Shown here: positions 18,532 through 27,158 of the stretch, piece after piece
Layout: each line of letters begins with the position of its first letter
How positions within the stretch are numbered: the stretch's first letter is position 1
Origin: Patescibacteria group bacterium
GTDB lineage: Bacteria > Patescibacteriota > Minisyncoccia > Phycocordibacterales > UBA9973
DNA: 60,894 bases
NCBI GenBank assembly: GCA_030916965.1
Contig: JAUPVQ010000030.1
Location: 1-60,894, forward strand
Reading direction: 5' to 3'
Made by a program: the position numbers and the translations under genes
The notes under the pieces: generated by a model
What the model saw: only the letters and a program-made list of their open reading frames with translations
What the model was told of the DNA's origin: nothing
Database searches by the model: none

Positions 18532-19098
18532 ATGACAAATTATACTATTATTGGAATTATATCGGGACTACTTGGTGTATTGGCTTATATACCATATATC
18601 ACTTCAATATATAAAAAGAAAATTCAACCGCATCCATTCTCTTGGTTTCTTTGGATGGTTTTGGGCTTTGCTACATTTATTACATACATGGGAGTTGGTG
18701 CGAAAGAGACATTACCTTTGGCATTAATAAGCTTCGTTGGGCCAACTGTAATATTCCTGATAACACTTAAAAATTGGAAGGGAAGATTTCCAAAATTTGA
18801 TTACTTTTGTTTGTTTCTTGCATTGCTCGCAATTATTATTTATATAGTTTTTCACCAAGCAGCGATAGCTCTAACATTGAGCCTTGTCGGGGATTTGTTT
18901 GCAGCTATGCCAACTATAAGGAAGACTTACAAAGACCCAAGTTCGGAGAATATTTGGACTTGGTCACTTTTCGCGCTCGGCGCAGTTGTTGCCCTTTTTG
19001 CAATAAGAGATTTTACTTACGGAGTACTTGTTTTCCCTCTATACTTAGCAGTATTCGAGATTGCTATGTGCTGGCTTATTTTGAGGAAAAAATATTAG
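18532..19098 (+). CDS. Polytopic membrane protein, PQ-loop-like
   Basis: 188 aa with about 6 TM helices. The N-terminal LAYIPYITSIYKKKIQPHPFSW resembles a PQ-loop motif. Weak call. Confidence 0.45.
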   Translation: MTNYTIIGIISGLLGVLAYIPYITSIYKKKIQPHPFSWFLWMVLGFATFITYMGVGAKETLPLALISFVGPTVIFLITLKNWKGRFPKFDYFCLFLALLAIIIYIVFHQAAIALTLSLVGDLFAAMPTIRKTYKDPSSENIWTWSLFALGAVVALFAIRDFTYGVLVFPLYLAVFEIAMCWLILRKKY

Positions 19099-19134
19099 AT
19101 TTATTTGTATTATATTGTATAATGGAATCAAGAT

Positions 19135-21450
19135 ATGGAAACCCCAATACCTTATAACAAAGACATAACATATTTTGGAAAAACCAACTTTCGTAACACA
19201 GAGCAGGTTTTTGGTATTAAGCGCAAAGATAGGCGTCAGCATATGTATGTACTTGGAAAATCTGGTACTGGTAAATCTGTACTCCTCTCGAACTTGATCG
19301 CTCAAAATATCCAAAATGGTGACGGGCTTTGTGTTGTCGATCCGCACGGAGAGCTCGTAGAGGAAGTCCTCGAACTAATCCCGCCACACCGTGTAAAAGA
19401 TGTAATATATTTCAACCCTGCTGACTCTGATTTCCATATTGGATTCAATGTGATCCAGCTTGATGATCCAAAGTACAAACACTTGGTGGCATCTGGACTT
19501 ATGGGAATCTTCACCAAAATCTGGGCCAATGCATGGAGTAGTCGTATGGAATACATCCTCAACAATGCCATCCTTGCGCTCCTAGATACTCCGGGTACTA
19601 CACTACTCGGTATTCCAAGAATGCTCGTGGACAAGGACTATAGGCAGATGGTGATTGGAAATTTGAAGGATCCAGTGGTCAAAGCTTTTTGGGTGCACGA
19701 ATACGAACAATGGCGTGATCAATTTCGTAACGAAGCGATCGCTCCGATCCAAAATAAAGTAGGACAGTTCCTATCAACTTCGATTATTCGTAACGTTGTT
19801 GGCCAGCCGAAATCTACAATCAACATTTTTGACATTATGAACGAGGGCAAGATATTCCTCGTCAACGTTTCCAAGGGGCGTGTGGGTGAAGACAACTCGG
19901 CACTACTTGGAGGTATGATTATTACAAAGATTCAGCTTGCTACTATGGAGCGTGTGCGTATTCCAGAAAATGACCGTAAAGATTTCTATCTATATGTGGA
20001 CGAATTCCAAAACTTTGCTACAGATGCCTTTGCCAACATTCTCTCTGAAGCTCGTAAATACAGACTCAATCTGATTATTGCGCACCAGTACACAGCTCAG
20101 CTTGAGACAAAAGAAAGTACTGCAGTTCGCGACGCAGTTTTCGGTAACGTGGGGACGATGGTAATATTCCGTGTTGGAGCAGATGATGCAGAATTCCTCG
20201 AGAAAGAATTTGAGCCAGAATTCATGGCGCAGGATTTAGTGAACTTGCCGAACTATCATGTGTATTTGAAATTGATGATAGACGGTATTACAAGTCGGCC
20301 ATTCTCGGCAACAACACTACCACCAATACATATTGATGTTGATGCAAATGTGAAGGAGAAGATTATCGAATCCTCACGCCGATTGTATACACGCAGTCGC
20401 CAAGATGTTGAAGATGAAATAAATAATTGGAGTGGAATGATACAGTCAACAGATGGTACAATTTCCAAATTCAAGGCTGAATGTAATAATTGTAAAAAGG
20501 AAATCATGGTACCGTTTGAGCCGACTCCTGGTAAGCCTGTGTATTGCAAGGAGTGCTTGGCAAAGATCAAGTCTGGTGAGGTAACTGCCGAGAAGGGTTT
20601 TATCGCACCGAAAGCATTTAAGCAAGAACAGCTAAATTCTGCACCACTTGCGGCGCTTGGTATAGAATTCACATCAGATAGTATCAAAGGCATACCACCG
20701 AAGCATTTCAGCCAAATGCAAAATGCTACACCTACAAGTACCCCAAGTAATGCCAATTTTAACAAAACGCCTTATACACCGAACAATAATAATACAAAGA
20801 ATAATTTCCAACACAAACCAGTAGAAAGGAAAAAGTCGGGTCCATCACCACTACTCAAAGGACTCTTGCAAAAAATTGGCATTGAAAATGGTAATGGTGT
20901 AGATAATATTAAAGATTTACCAATCAAGGAGGTAAAAAAGGAAACGCCTGCCCCAATGTCTCTAGACTCTCTAAAGAAATCTACAGAGAAGCCAATCAAT
21001 AAGCCTTTGGACATGCCAAACCCACAAACACAAAACAAAATTACACCTCCACCACAAGCACCTGTGATTCCAGCCAAAGAGGCATCCCCGGAGAAAATGA
21101 ATATTTTGAAAAATGCTTTTGCTCAAACAACAAATTCGAAAATACCAGAGGAGGTAAAAAAAGTAGATGAGGTTAAGCATATACCCGTGATACCTATGCC
21201 GACAGGCCCAGTAGTAAGGCTCACCTCTGCAACTCTTGTAGAGGAGACACCAACACAACCCCAAGGCGATGTAAATCAAAAAGTAGATAGTCCACTTGTA
21301 ATCTCTACACCACAAGTACAAACAAAAGAGACAGAAGCTCCTATTCCACCAGAGAAACAAAATGTAAAAGATGTTGACAAGATAGCCTGGGAAAAAAGCC
21401 AACCCACAAAGGAAGTTCCCGAAGATGTGTTGAAAAAAGTTCTAGAGTAG
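19135..21450 (+). CDS. Soluble VirD4/TraD-like P-loop ATPase, paralog 2, with a C-terminal CxxC-x17-CxxC zinc ribbon and a long disordered tail
   Basis: It shares blocks with paralog 1 (FGIKRKDRRQHMYVLGKSGTGKS, CVVDPHGE, FYLYVDEFQN, LSEARKYRLNLIIAHQY, GNVGTMVIFRVGADDA). The zinc ribbon is CNNC-x17-CKEC at nt 20482-20556, followed by about 300 aa rich in P/T/Q/K/N. Confidence 0.75.
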   Translation: METPIPYNKDITYFGKTNFRNTEQVFGIKRKDRRQHMYVLGKSGTGKSVLLSNLIAQNIQNGDGLCVVDPHGELVEEVLELIPPHRVKDVIYFNPADSDFHIGFNVIQLDDPKYKHLVASGLMGIFTKIWANAWSSRMEYILNNAILALLDTPGTTLLGIPRMLVDKDYRQMVIGNLKDPVVKAFWVHEYEQWRDQFRNEAIAPIQNKVGQFLSTSIIRNVVGQPKSTINIFDIMNEGKIFLVNVSKGRVGEDNSALLGGMIITKIQLATMERVRIPENDRKDFYLYVDEFQNFATDAFANILSEARKYRLNLIIAHQYTAQLETKESTAVRDAVFGNVGTMVIFRVGADDAEFLEKEFEPEFMAQDLVNLPNYHVYLKLMIDGITSRPFSATTLPPIHIDVDANVKEKIIESSRRLYTRSRQDVEDEINNWSGMIQSTDGTISKFKAECNNCKKEIMVPFEPTPGKPVYCKECLAKIKSGEVTAEKGFIAPKAFKQEQLNSAPLAALGIEFTSDSIKGIPPKHFSQMQNATPTSTPSNANFNKTPYTPNNNNTKNNFQHKPVERKKSGPSPLLKGLLQKIGIENGNGVDNIKDLPIKEVKKETPAPMSLDSLKKSTEKPINKPLDMPNPQTQNKITPPPQAPVIPAKEASPEKMNILKNAFAQTTNSKIPEEVKKVDEVKHIPVIPMPTGPVVRLTSATLVEETPTQPQGDVNQKVDSPLVISTPQVQTKETEAPIPPEKQNVKDVDKIAWEKSQPTKEVPEDVLKKVLE

Positions 21451-21453
21451 CAT

Positions 21454-22878
21454 ATGAAAAATTTCTATAAAATATTGATAATAGTTATATTAATATTTTT
21501 TGCGAAAAATACATTCGCGTCAATTGAGATTACTGAAATAATGTATGATGTGTCTGGTACAGATACTAATCGTGAGTGGATAGAAGTTTATAATAATGGA
21601 TCGACATCTACAGATCTATCTAAATGGTACTTTTTTTCTGATAATACAAAGCATAATCTGGAGAACACTAGTCCAGATTTGGGAGCGAATAAATATGCAG
21701 TCATTGTACAAAATGCCGATAAATTTCGTATAGATTATCCTGACTATACAGGCATAATATTTGATAGTAGTTGGACAGGGCTTGATAATGAAGGCGAAGT
21801 AATAAGCCTAAAAGACCCAGAATTGAATATTGTAAGCTCTGTGAACTATACATCAAATATGGGTGCAAATGGTGATGGTAAGTCCCTACAAAAGATAGAT
21901 GGTGAATGGCAAGCAAGTAATCCTACTCCAGGCAATAGCTATACAAATAATGATACTAGCAACAATGATAATCAAAACAATAATCAAGAATCTACAAATA
22001 CTACATCAACAACAAGTAAAGATAAAACAAAAGTTGTCGTACCTGAAATTCCAAGAGTAATTACAACAAAAATTATAGCAAAAAATAATGTATCAACTCG
22101 GATTGGATTCTTCATAGAGGCCAATACGATTGGTTACAAGAAAGAGAAGTTGGATTCTGGGAAATTTGTTTGGAGCTTCGGTGACGGCGTATCTTATGAG
22201 GAATCGACACACAAGCCTTTTGAATACGCGTATCAATACGCAGGCGATTATGTGCTTACACTGACATATTATGAATCTATGTTAAGCACCAAGCCGATAG
22301 CAACTGATAGTATGACAATTTCTGTTGTAGATCCTGAATTGTTTATAAGTAAAGTTGGGGATAGCAATGACCCATTTATCGAGATAAAAAATCAATCCGA
22401 AAATAGGATGTCACTTGCAGGCTGGGTGTTGAACTCCAATAATACAAGCTTCAAATTACCAATAGGTATGGCAATTTTACCAAACAAAAGCATCGTATTG
22501 TCATCAAAAGCTACACATTTTTCTATAGCTGATATTGATCATCTATACCTGTATGCTCCAAATGGATCATTGGTTAGCACTTATCCAGCTACAAAAAAAA
22601 TAGTACTACCACAAAATAAAATTAAAAATAATTCCCAAAATGATAATCCACAAATCTTTCAAAAAAAATTGAATGGAAATTCTGAAATCGACTTAAATAA
22701 TATCTCGGCATCAATAGGGAAAAACAAGATATCCAATTACAATTATTTATCAATACTCGGACTAGTTGGTATTATAATTGCTGGGGTAGTAGCTATAGTA
22801 TACTCAAATAAAAAAACCAATCCCGAGGATGACGAGATTGGTGGAATTAATGCAAGCGATATAAAGATTATTGAATAA
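21454..22878 (+). CDS. Surface-anchored lamin-tail-domain (LTD) and PKD-like domain protein
   Basis: Signal/TM segment at the N-terminus. LTD-like blocks are IEITEIMYDVSGTDTNREWIEVYNNG and DPFIEIKNQSENRMSLAGWVL. The PKD-like block is FVWSFGDGVSYEE..YAGDYVLTLT. C-terminal TM anchor. Confidence 0.7.
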   Translation: MKNFYKILIIVILIFFAKNTFASIEITEIMYDVSGTDTNREWIEVYNNGSTSTDLSKWYFFSDNTKHNLENTSPDLGANKYAVIVQNADKFRIDYPDYTGIIFDSSWTGLDNEGEVISLKDPELNIVSSVNYTSNMGANGDGKSLQKIDGEWQASNPTPGNSYTNNDTSNNDNQNNNQESTNTTSTTSKDKTKVVVPEIPRVITTKIIAKNNVSTRIGFFIEANTIGYKKEKLDSGKFVWSFGDGVSYEESTHKPFEYAYQYAGDYVLTLTYYESMLSTKPIATDSMTISVVDPELFISKVGDSNDPFIEIKNQSENRMSLAGWVLNSNNTSFKLPIGMAILPNKSIVLSSKATHFSIADIDHLYLYAPNGSLVSTYPATKKIVLPQNKIKNNSQNDNPQIFQKKLNGNSEIDLNNISASIGKNKISNYNYLSILGLVGIIIAGVVAIVYSNKKTNPEDDEIGGINASDIKIIE

Positions 22879-23773
22879 CTTTATTTACTTCGGGGATGAT
22901 TTCCTTTTCTGCCTCAGTTTTTGTTATTGTATCTTTTACGAATCCTTTTGCTGTGAGCGGCTCGGCGATTTTTTGAAGAATATCAGACTCTAGTTGGACT
23001 TTTGATATAATACTGTCTACTACTTTATTCTCGGCTTTTTGGACTACTGGGGTCTTGTCCTCGAGTGTCTTGACTGCTGTATCAAGAGCAGGATTGGTAT
23101 CGATTTTGGTATCTATTTTTGCTTCTATTGTTGTGTTTGGTAATACGGTTGGGTTATCAGAAATAACTTTTTCTATTAACTTGTCTTGTGGTGTATCTAG
23201 CTTTTGGATCTCTGCAATTTCTGTTAAATCCTTTTCATGAGCGTCTAGTATTGGTTCAAGCCCTTTGGCTGCTTCGACAAATTCCTTTGGATCTGTTGCT
23301 GCCAATGCTTTGGCGCTTTCGTTTATTTTGGCAATATGGATATCAACATTTTTTTCTGCGATTGCTGCATTTTCTGCAGTAAGGGTACCATCGGTAGCCA
23401 ATTTCTTGACCTCTTCGATACGTTTTGCAACACGGTATTGTTCGAAAGTAATTTTCTCTAATGGAGATTTGATAAATATACCTGCAACTTCTTCGTTTAC
23501 ATGTACCTTGAAATTGTAAAGTATATCACCAGGTAGAGAGCTTGATGCATTGTATGCTACTGCACTACCACCAAATATAACAAATACGATTGATGCCATA
23601 GCAACAAATACTGGGCTCCAGAAATTCATCATAAAAGGGCTAGGAATTTTCTGGTAAACGGAAGGGGAAGTACTCTCTATAAAAGAGATAATCTTTGTAC
23701 GCATAGAAATACGCTCCGCTTCTGTCATATGGAGATCTTGCAATTGTCTTAATTGTTTTTCTGTGTTTTTCAT
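22868..23773 (-). CDS. Putative anti-sigma factor / membrane protein downstream of the ECF sigma
   Basis: It starts 1 nt after the sigma gene stop. There is a single TM helix (VFVAMASIVFVIFGGSAVAY) after a short cytoplasmic N-terminus, then a helical extracytoplasmic region. Confidence 0.45.
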   Translation of the reverse strand: MKNTEKQLRQLQDLHMTEAERISMRTKIISFIESTSPSVYQKIPSPFMMNFWSPVFVAMASIVFVIFGGSAVAYNASSSLPGDILYNFKVHVNEEVAGIFIKSPLEKITFEQYRVAKRIEEVKKLATDGTLTAENAAIAEKNVDIHIAKINESAKALAATDPKEFVEAAKGLEPILDAHEKDLTEIAEIQKLDTPQDKLIEKVISDNPTVLPNTTIEAKIDTKIDTNPALDTAVKTLEDKTPVVQKAENKVVDSIISKVQLESDILQKIAEPLTAKGFVKDTITKTEAEKEIIPEVNKVIQ

Positions 23774-23774
23774 A

Positions 23775-24272
23775 CTAAATTTTACCCTTCAATTTTTCTA
23801 ATGCGCGATGCAACCTAACAGATACATTGTTTTCTGATTGATCAAGCATTGTAGCTATCTCTTCTATTGATAAATCATTTATATATCTGAGTGTAAGTAT
23901 TTCTATATGAGCTTCTGGGAGTTCTGATACTTTTTCCCATACCTTTTCACCATTTAGAAATTCTTCCATCTTTGAGCGATCGTCAAATCCAATATCGTAC
24001 CCACCATCAATCATATTGTCTAGGGACTCAGATTGTTTTTTGCGGTATGAATCTATGATTTTGTTGCCTAGTGTTCTGTATAAAAAGGCCTTGATATTCA
24101 TTATTTTGCCCCCTTTTGCTATGTATTCCCATACATTTGTAAAGGTATCTTGGACTATATCAAGGGCGAGCTCCCGGTTGGAGGTCTTGAACATTGCGTA
24201 CCTAAAAAGTCCATCACTATAGTCATCGTAGGCTTTTAAATATAGATCTTTTTGTTTGTTATTGGACTTCAT
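23775..24272 (-). CDS. ECF-type sigma-70 family RNA polymerase sigma factor
   Basis: 165 aa. Region 2 is LALDIVQDTFTNVWEY and region 4 is LSIEEIATMLDQSENNVSVRLHRALEKL. Confidence 0.85.
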   Translation of the reverse strand: MKSNNKQKDLYLKAYDDYSDGLFRYAMFKTSNRELALDIVQDTFTNVWEYIAKGGKIMNIKAFLYRTLGNKIIDSYRKKQSESLDNMIDGGYDIGFDDRSKMEEFLNGEKVWEKVSELPEAHIEILTLRYINDLSIEEIATMLDQSENNVSVRLHRALEKLKGKI

Positions 24273-24372
24273 ATACTATGACGGTTTATAGTCGTATATA
24301 TTACAGGCTATATATAGTGTATTATACCTTAATTTCTTTTGTTTTTAAAGGTTTTTTTGGTATAATTTACCA

Positions 24373-25614
24373 ATGAATGAAGAAAACCAACAGAAAGTTA
24401 TTATCGTAGGAGGTGGGTTCGCCGGTATAAGATGTGCTCTCGACTTAGCTAAAAAAAATCTACCAAACAAAAAAATTGTACTAATTTCCAATAAAACATA
24501 CTTTGAGTATTACCCTAGAATATATAGGGTTGTTACGGGCGAGTCACCACTTGAAGTTTGTATACCACTTGAGGAAATATTCAAAAATAAAAATGTAGAA
24601 ATAATCCTAGATGAGATAACAGGAGTTGATTTGAAGCAAAACACAATTACTGGATCTAGTGGATCTACTTATCACTACAATGAGATAGTTCTTGCTCTTG
24701 GATCTGAAACTGTGTATTTCAATATTGAAGGTGTAAAAGAGAGGTCATACGGATTCAAGTCAATCAACGAAGCACTAAATTTAAAAAAGCATTTACATAA
24801 AGTATTTGATATATATTTATCTTCAAAAAAAGAAGATGTAGTAGCGTCGCTCCATATTGTGGTTGTGGGTGGTGGACCATCAGGAGTGGAGCTTGTAGGA
24901 GAGCTAACTAGATATATGCCACATCTAGCAAACCTGCATGGCATAGACAACAATTTCGTAACCATAGATATGATCGAGGCATCGAGTCGCCTTGTTCCTA
25001 CGTTGCCGGAAGGAGTTTCTGCTCGAATACATAATAAATTGCATTCTCTCGGAGTGAACATTTTCTTGAATCGTTCAGTCGAAAAAGAGGACATCGATCA
25101 GATACTTACAAAAGATATGTCTATGAAATCCAATACTTTGATATGGACTGCAGGTTCCAAAACAAATCATTTTTACGGAATGATACCTGGGCTCAATTTG
25201 CATCGCAATGGTAGAGTAATTATAGATGAATATTTACATGCTGAAGGATTTGAGAATGTATATATTATAGGAGATGCTGCAAATACAAAATATGCAGGTC
25301 TTGCTCAGACTGCAATTTATGACGGGACATATATGGCAAATGTTATTGCAAGTAAGTCTGCCAACAAAAAACTCCCAGTGTATATACCTCAAAAAGTTTC
25401 TTATGCTGTACCTGTCGGTAGACGTTGGGCTGCTGTTTCGATGGGGCCACTACAGATCTATGGACTCCTCGGGTATCTTATTCGTGAGATTGCAGATTTG
25501 AAATTCTTCCTATCCATTTTGCCGTGGAATAAAGCATTGGCAATCAACCGAAATCAAACAATAGGCGAATCATGCAAGACTTGCCAAGAAAGTTTAGCAA
25601 AAGCAAATAATTAA
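24373..25614 (+). CDS. ndh: Type II NADH dehydrogenase (NDH-2) family FAD-dependent oxidoreductase
   Basis: The two dinucleotide-binding motifs are VIIVGGGFAGIRCA and VVVGGGPSGVELVGEL. IIGDAA is also present. Confidence 0.8.
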   Translation: MNEENQQKVIIVGGGFAGIRCALDLAKKNLPNKKIVLISNKTYFEYYPRIYRVVTGESPLEVCIPLEEIFKNKNVEIILDEITGVDLKQNTITGSSGSTYHYNEIVLALGSETVYFNIEGVKERSYGFKSINEALNLKKHLHKVFDIYLSSKKEDVVASLHIVVVGGGPSGVELVGELTRYMPHLANLHGIDNNFVTIDMIEASSRLVPTLPEGVSARIHNKLHSLGVNIFLNRSVEKEDIDQILTKDMSMKSNTLIWTAGSKTNHFYGMIPGLNLHRNGRVIIDEYLHAEGFENVYIIGDAANTKYAGLAQTAIYDGTYMANVIASKSANKKLPVYIPQKVSYAVPVGRRWAAVSMGPLQIYGLLGYLIREIADLKFFLSILPWNKALAINRNQTIGESCKTCQESLAKANN

Positions 25615-25616
25615 AA

Positions 25617-27122
25617 TTATTTCAAAATTTTAATATCGGCACCGATGCTGTTTAGTCTTTCGGCTATTTCTTCGTAGCCGCGATTGATCATATAAACATT
25701 GCGTAATATTGATGTGCCTTGGGCTCCGAGCATAGATATTAGTATGACCATAGAAGGCCTGAGTGCTGGAGGGCAGACTATTTGGGAAGCGTGTAGCTCT
25801 GTACCACCTGTAACATATACACGGTGTGGATCGATCAGGTTGATACTTGCGCCAAGACGGTTGAGCTCGGTGAAATATATGGCTCGATTCTCATATACCC
25901 AATCATGAATCAATGTAGTGCCGGAGGCCTTGATGCATATAGGTACAAAGAAGGGAAGATTGTCCATGTTGATACCTGGGTATGGATTGGCATGGATCTT
26001 GTCCATGGGCGCTCTCAATTTAGAAGGGAATATTTCAATATCTATCAATTTTGTTCGGTCATTATACGAAAGATATTTCTTCAGAACTTTGTATTTAAGA
26101 CCCATCTTTTCTAGTTTGTATAATTCAAGAGTAAGGAAGTCGATAGGACAGCGAGTAATAGTGATTTGGGAATCTGTAGCAATAGCAGCTGAAATAAACA
26201 TCATGGACTCTATTGGGTCCTCACTATTTGTATATTCTATATCTTTATTAATTTCCTTTACTCCATGGACTGTCAGTGTGCTTGTACCTATGCCATCGAT
26301 CTCTACACCTAGTTTCTCTAGAAAGAAACAAATTTCTTGGACCATGTAGTTGGCACTAGCGAATTTGATAATTGTTGTGCCTTCAATTTTGGCACTAGCT
26401 GTGAGTACATTTTCGCAGGCAGTATCGCCCGCCTCGTACATGGTTAGTTCGGCTGGTTTCAGTTTCGTATTACTAACCTCATAACTTGTATTTGTAGTTT
26501 TGATTTTGACACCTAGGTGCTCTAGAGCGTATATATGTGCACTGACAGTACGCTTGCCTAATTTGCACCCTTGCGCATGAGGGAGTGAGAAATCTTTGAA
26601 TAAATGAATAAGAGGACCCATGAACATAACTATAGAGCGAGTTCGGATTGCAGATTCTATATTTATATTTTTAAGATTCAAAGTTTTTGGAGGTATTATT
26701 TCCAAAGAGTTCTGGCTTATCCATGTAATTTTGACACCAATACTTTCGAGTATTTCGATGACTCTTTGGACTTCCTCTATACGAGCTATACCGTGGAGAG
26801 TTGTCTTGCCTTTATTTAAAAGAGATGCGCACAAAAGTCCAACTGAGCCATTTTTAGAAAAATTGGTAGCTATAGTACCATGCAGTTTCTTGCCGCCGAC
26901 AATTTGGAAATCGATAGAATTATTTATAGAAATTATTTGATGTTCTAGAACCTTGCTTATTTTTGCTAGTAATTCTGTGCTGAAATTCTGTTCACCCTTC
27001 TCCATACGCGCTACTGCTGATTGGGAAGTACCGAGTTGTTTGGCAAAGTCACCTTGGGTTAGACCCTTGCGCTCCCTTAATTTCTTGATAAAATAGCCAA
27101 TTTTTTGTATATCTGTCTTCAT
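25617..27122 (-). CDS. murA: XRE-type HTH domain fused to UDP-N-acetylglucosamine 1-carboxyvinyltransferase
   Basis: The N-terminal 60 aa form an HTH (LRERKGLTQGDFAKQLGTSQSAVARMEKGEQNFS). The remainder aligns by eye with MurA, with the catalytic residues retained (SKNG Lys, QGCKLGKRTVSAH Cys/Arg, EDPIES Asp, YENRA Arg). The start at 27122 (MKTDIQ) is preferred, because a minus-strand TATAAT (27129-27134) lies 6 nt upstream. The tracked start is 27140. Confidence 0.8.
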   Translation of the reverse strand: MKTDIQKIGYFIKKLRERKGLTQGDFAKQLGTSQSAVARMEKGEQNFSTELLAKISKVLEHQIISINNSIDFQIVGGKKLHGTIATNFSKNGSVGLLCASLLNKGKTTLHGIARIEEVQRVIEILESIGVKITWISQNSLEIIPPKTLNLKNINIESAIRTRSIVMFMGPLIHLFKDFSLPHAQGCKLGKRTVSAHIYALEHLGVKIKTTNTSYEVSNTKLKPAELTMYEAGDTACENVLTASAKIEGTTIIKFASANYMVQEICFFLEKLGVEIDGIGTSTLTVHGVKEINKDIEYTNSEDPIESMMFISAAIATDSQITITRCPIDFLTLELYKLEKMGLKYKVLKKYLSYNDRTKLIDIEIFPSKLRAPMDKIHANPYPGINMDNLPFFVPICIKASGTTLIHDWVYENRAIYFTELNRLGASINLIDPHRVYVTGGTELHASQIVCPPALRPSMVILISMLGAQGTSILRNVYMINRGYEEIAERLNSIGADIKILK

Positions 27123-27132
27123 TTTGCAATTA

Positions 27133-27150
27133 TATATCATATATGATATA
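27133..27150. promoter_or_regulatory. 18-bp perfect palindrome between divergent murA and murB (candidate operator)
   Basis: TATATCATATATGATATA is its own reverse complement. It lies between and overlaps the two back-to-back -10 boxes (minus strand 27129-27134, plus strand 27147-27152). Confidence 0.4.
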
Positions 27151-27158
27151 ATAGCAAT

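Noticed and set aside
20256-21402. Three antisense ORFs (169, 101 and 143 aa) opposite the tail of ATPase paralog 2
   Set aside because: They lie opposite a low-complexity coding region and contain no motifs. The sense ORF is continuous with a well-supported ATPase.
14286-21450. Integrative conjugative element or plasmid remnant, inferred from the VirD4-like genes
   Set aside because: I saw no relaxase, VirB4/VirB6-type genes, integrase, flanking direct repeats or tRNA-adjacent boundary. The ATPases lack TM anchors, and the operon is flanked by ordinary chromosomal genes.
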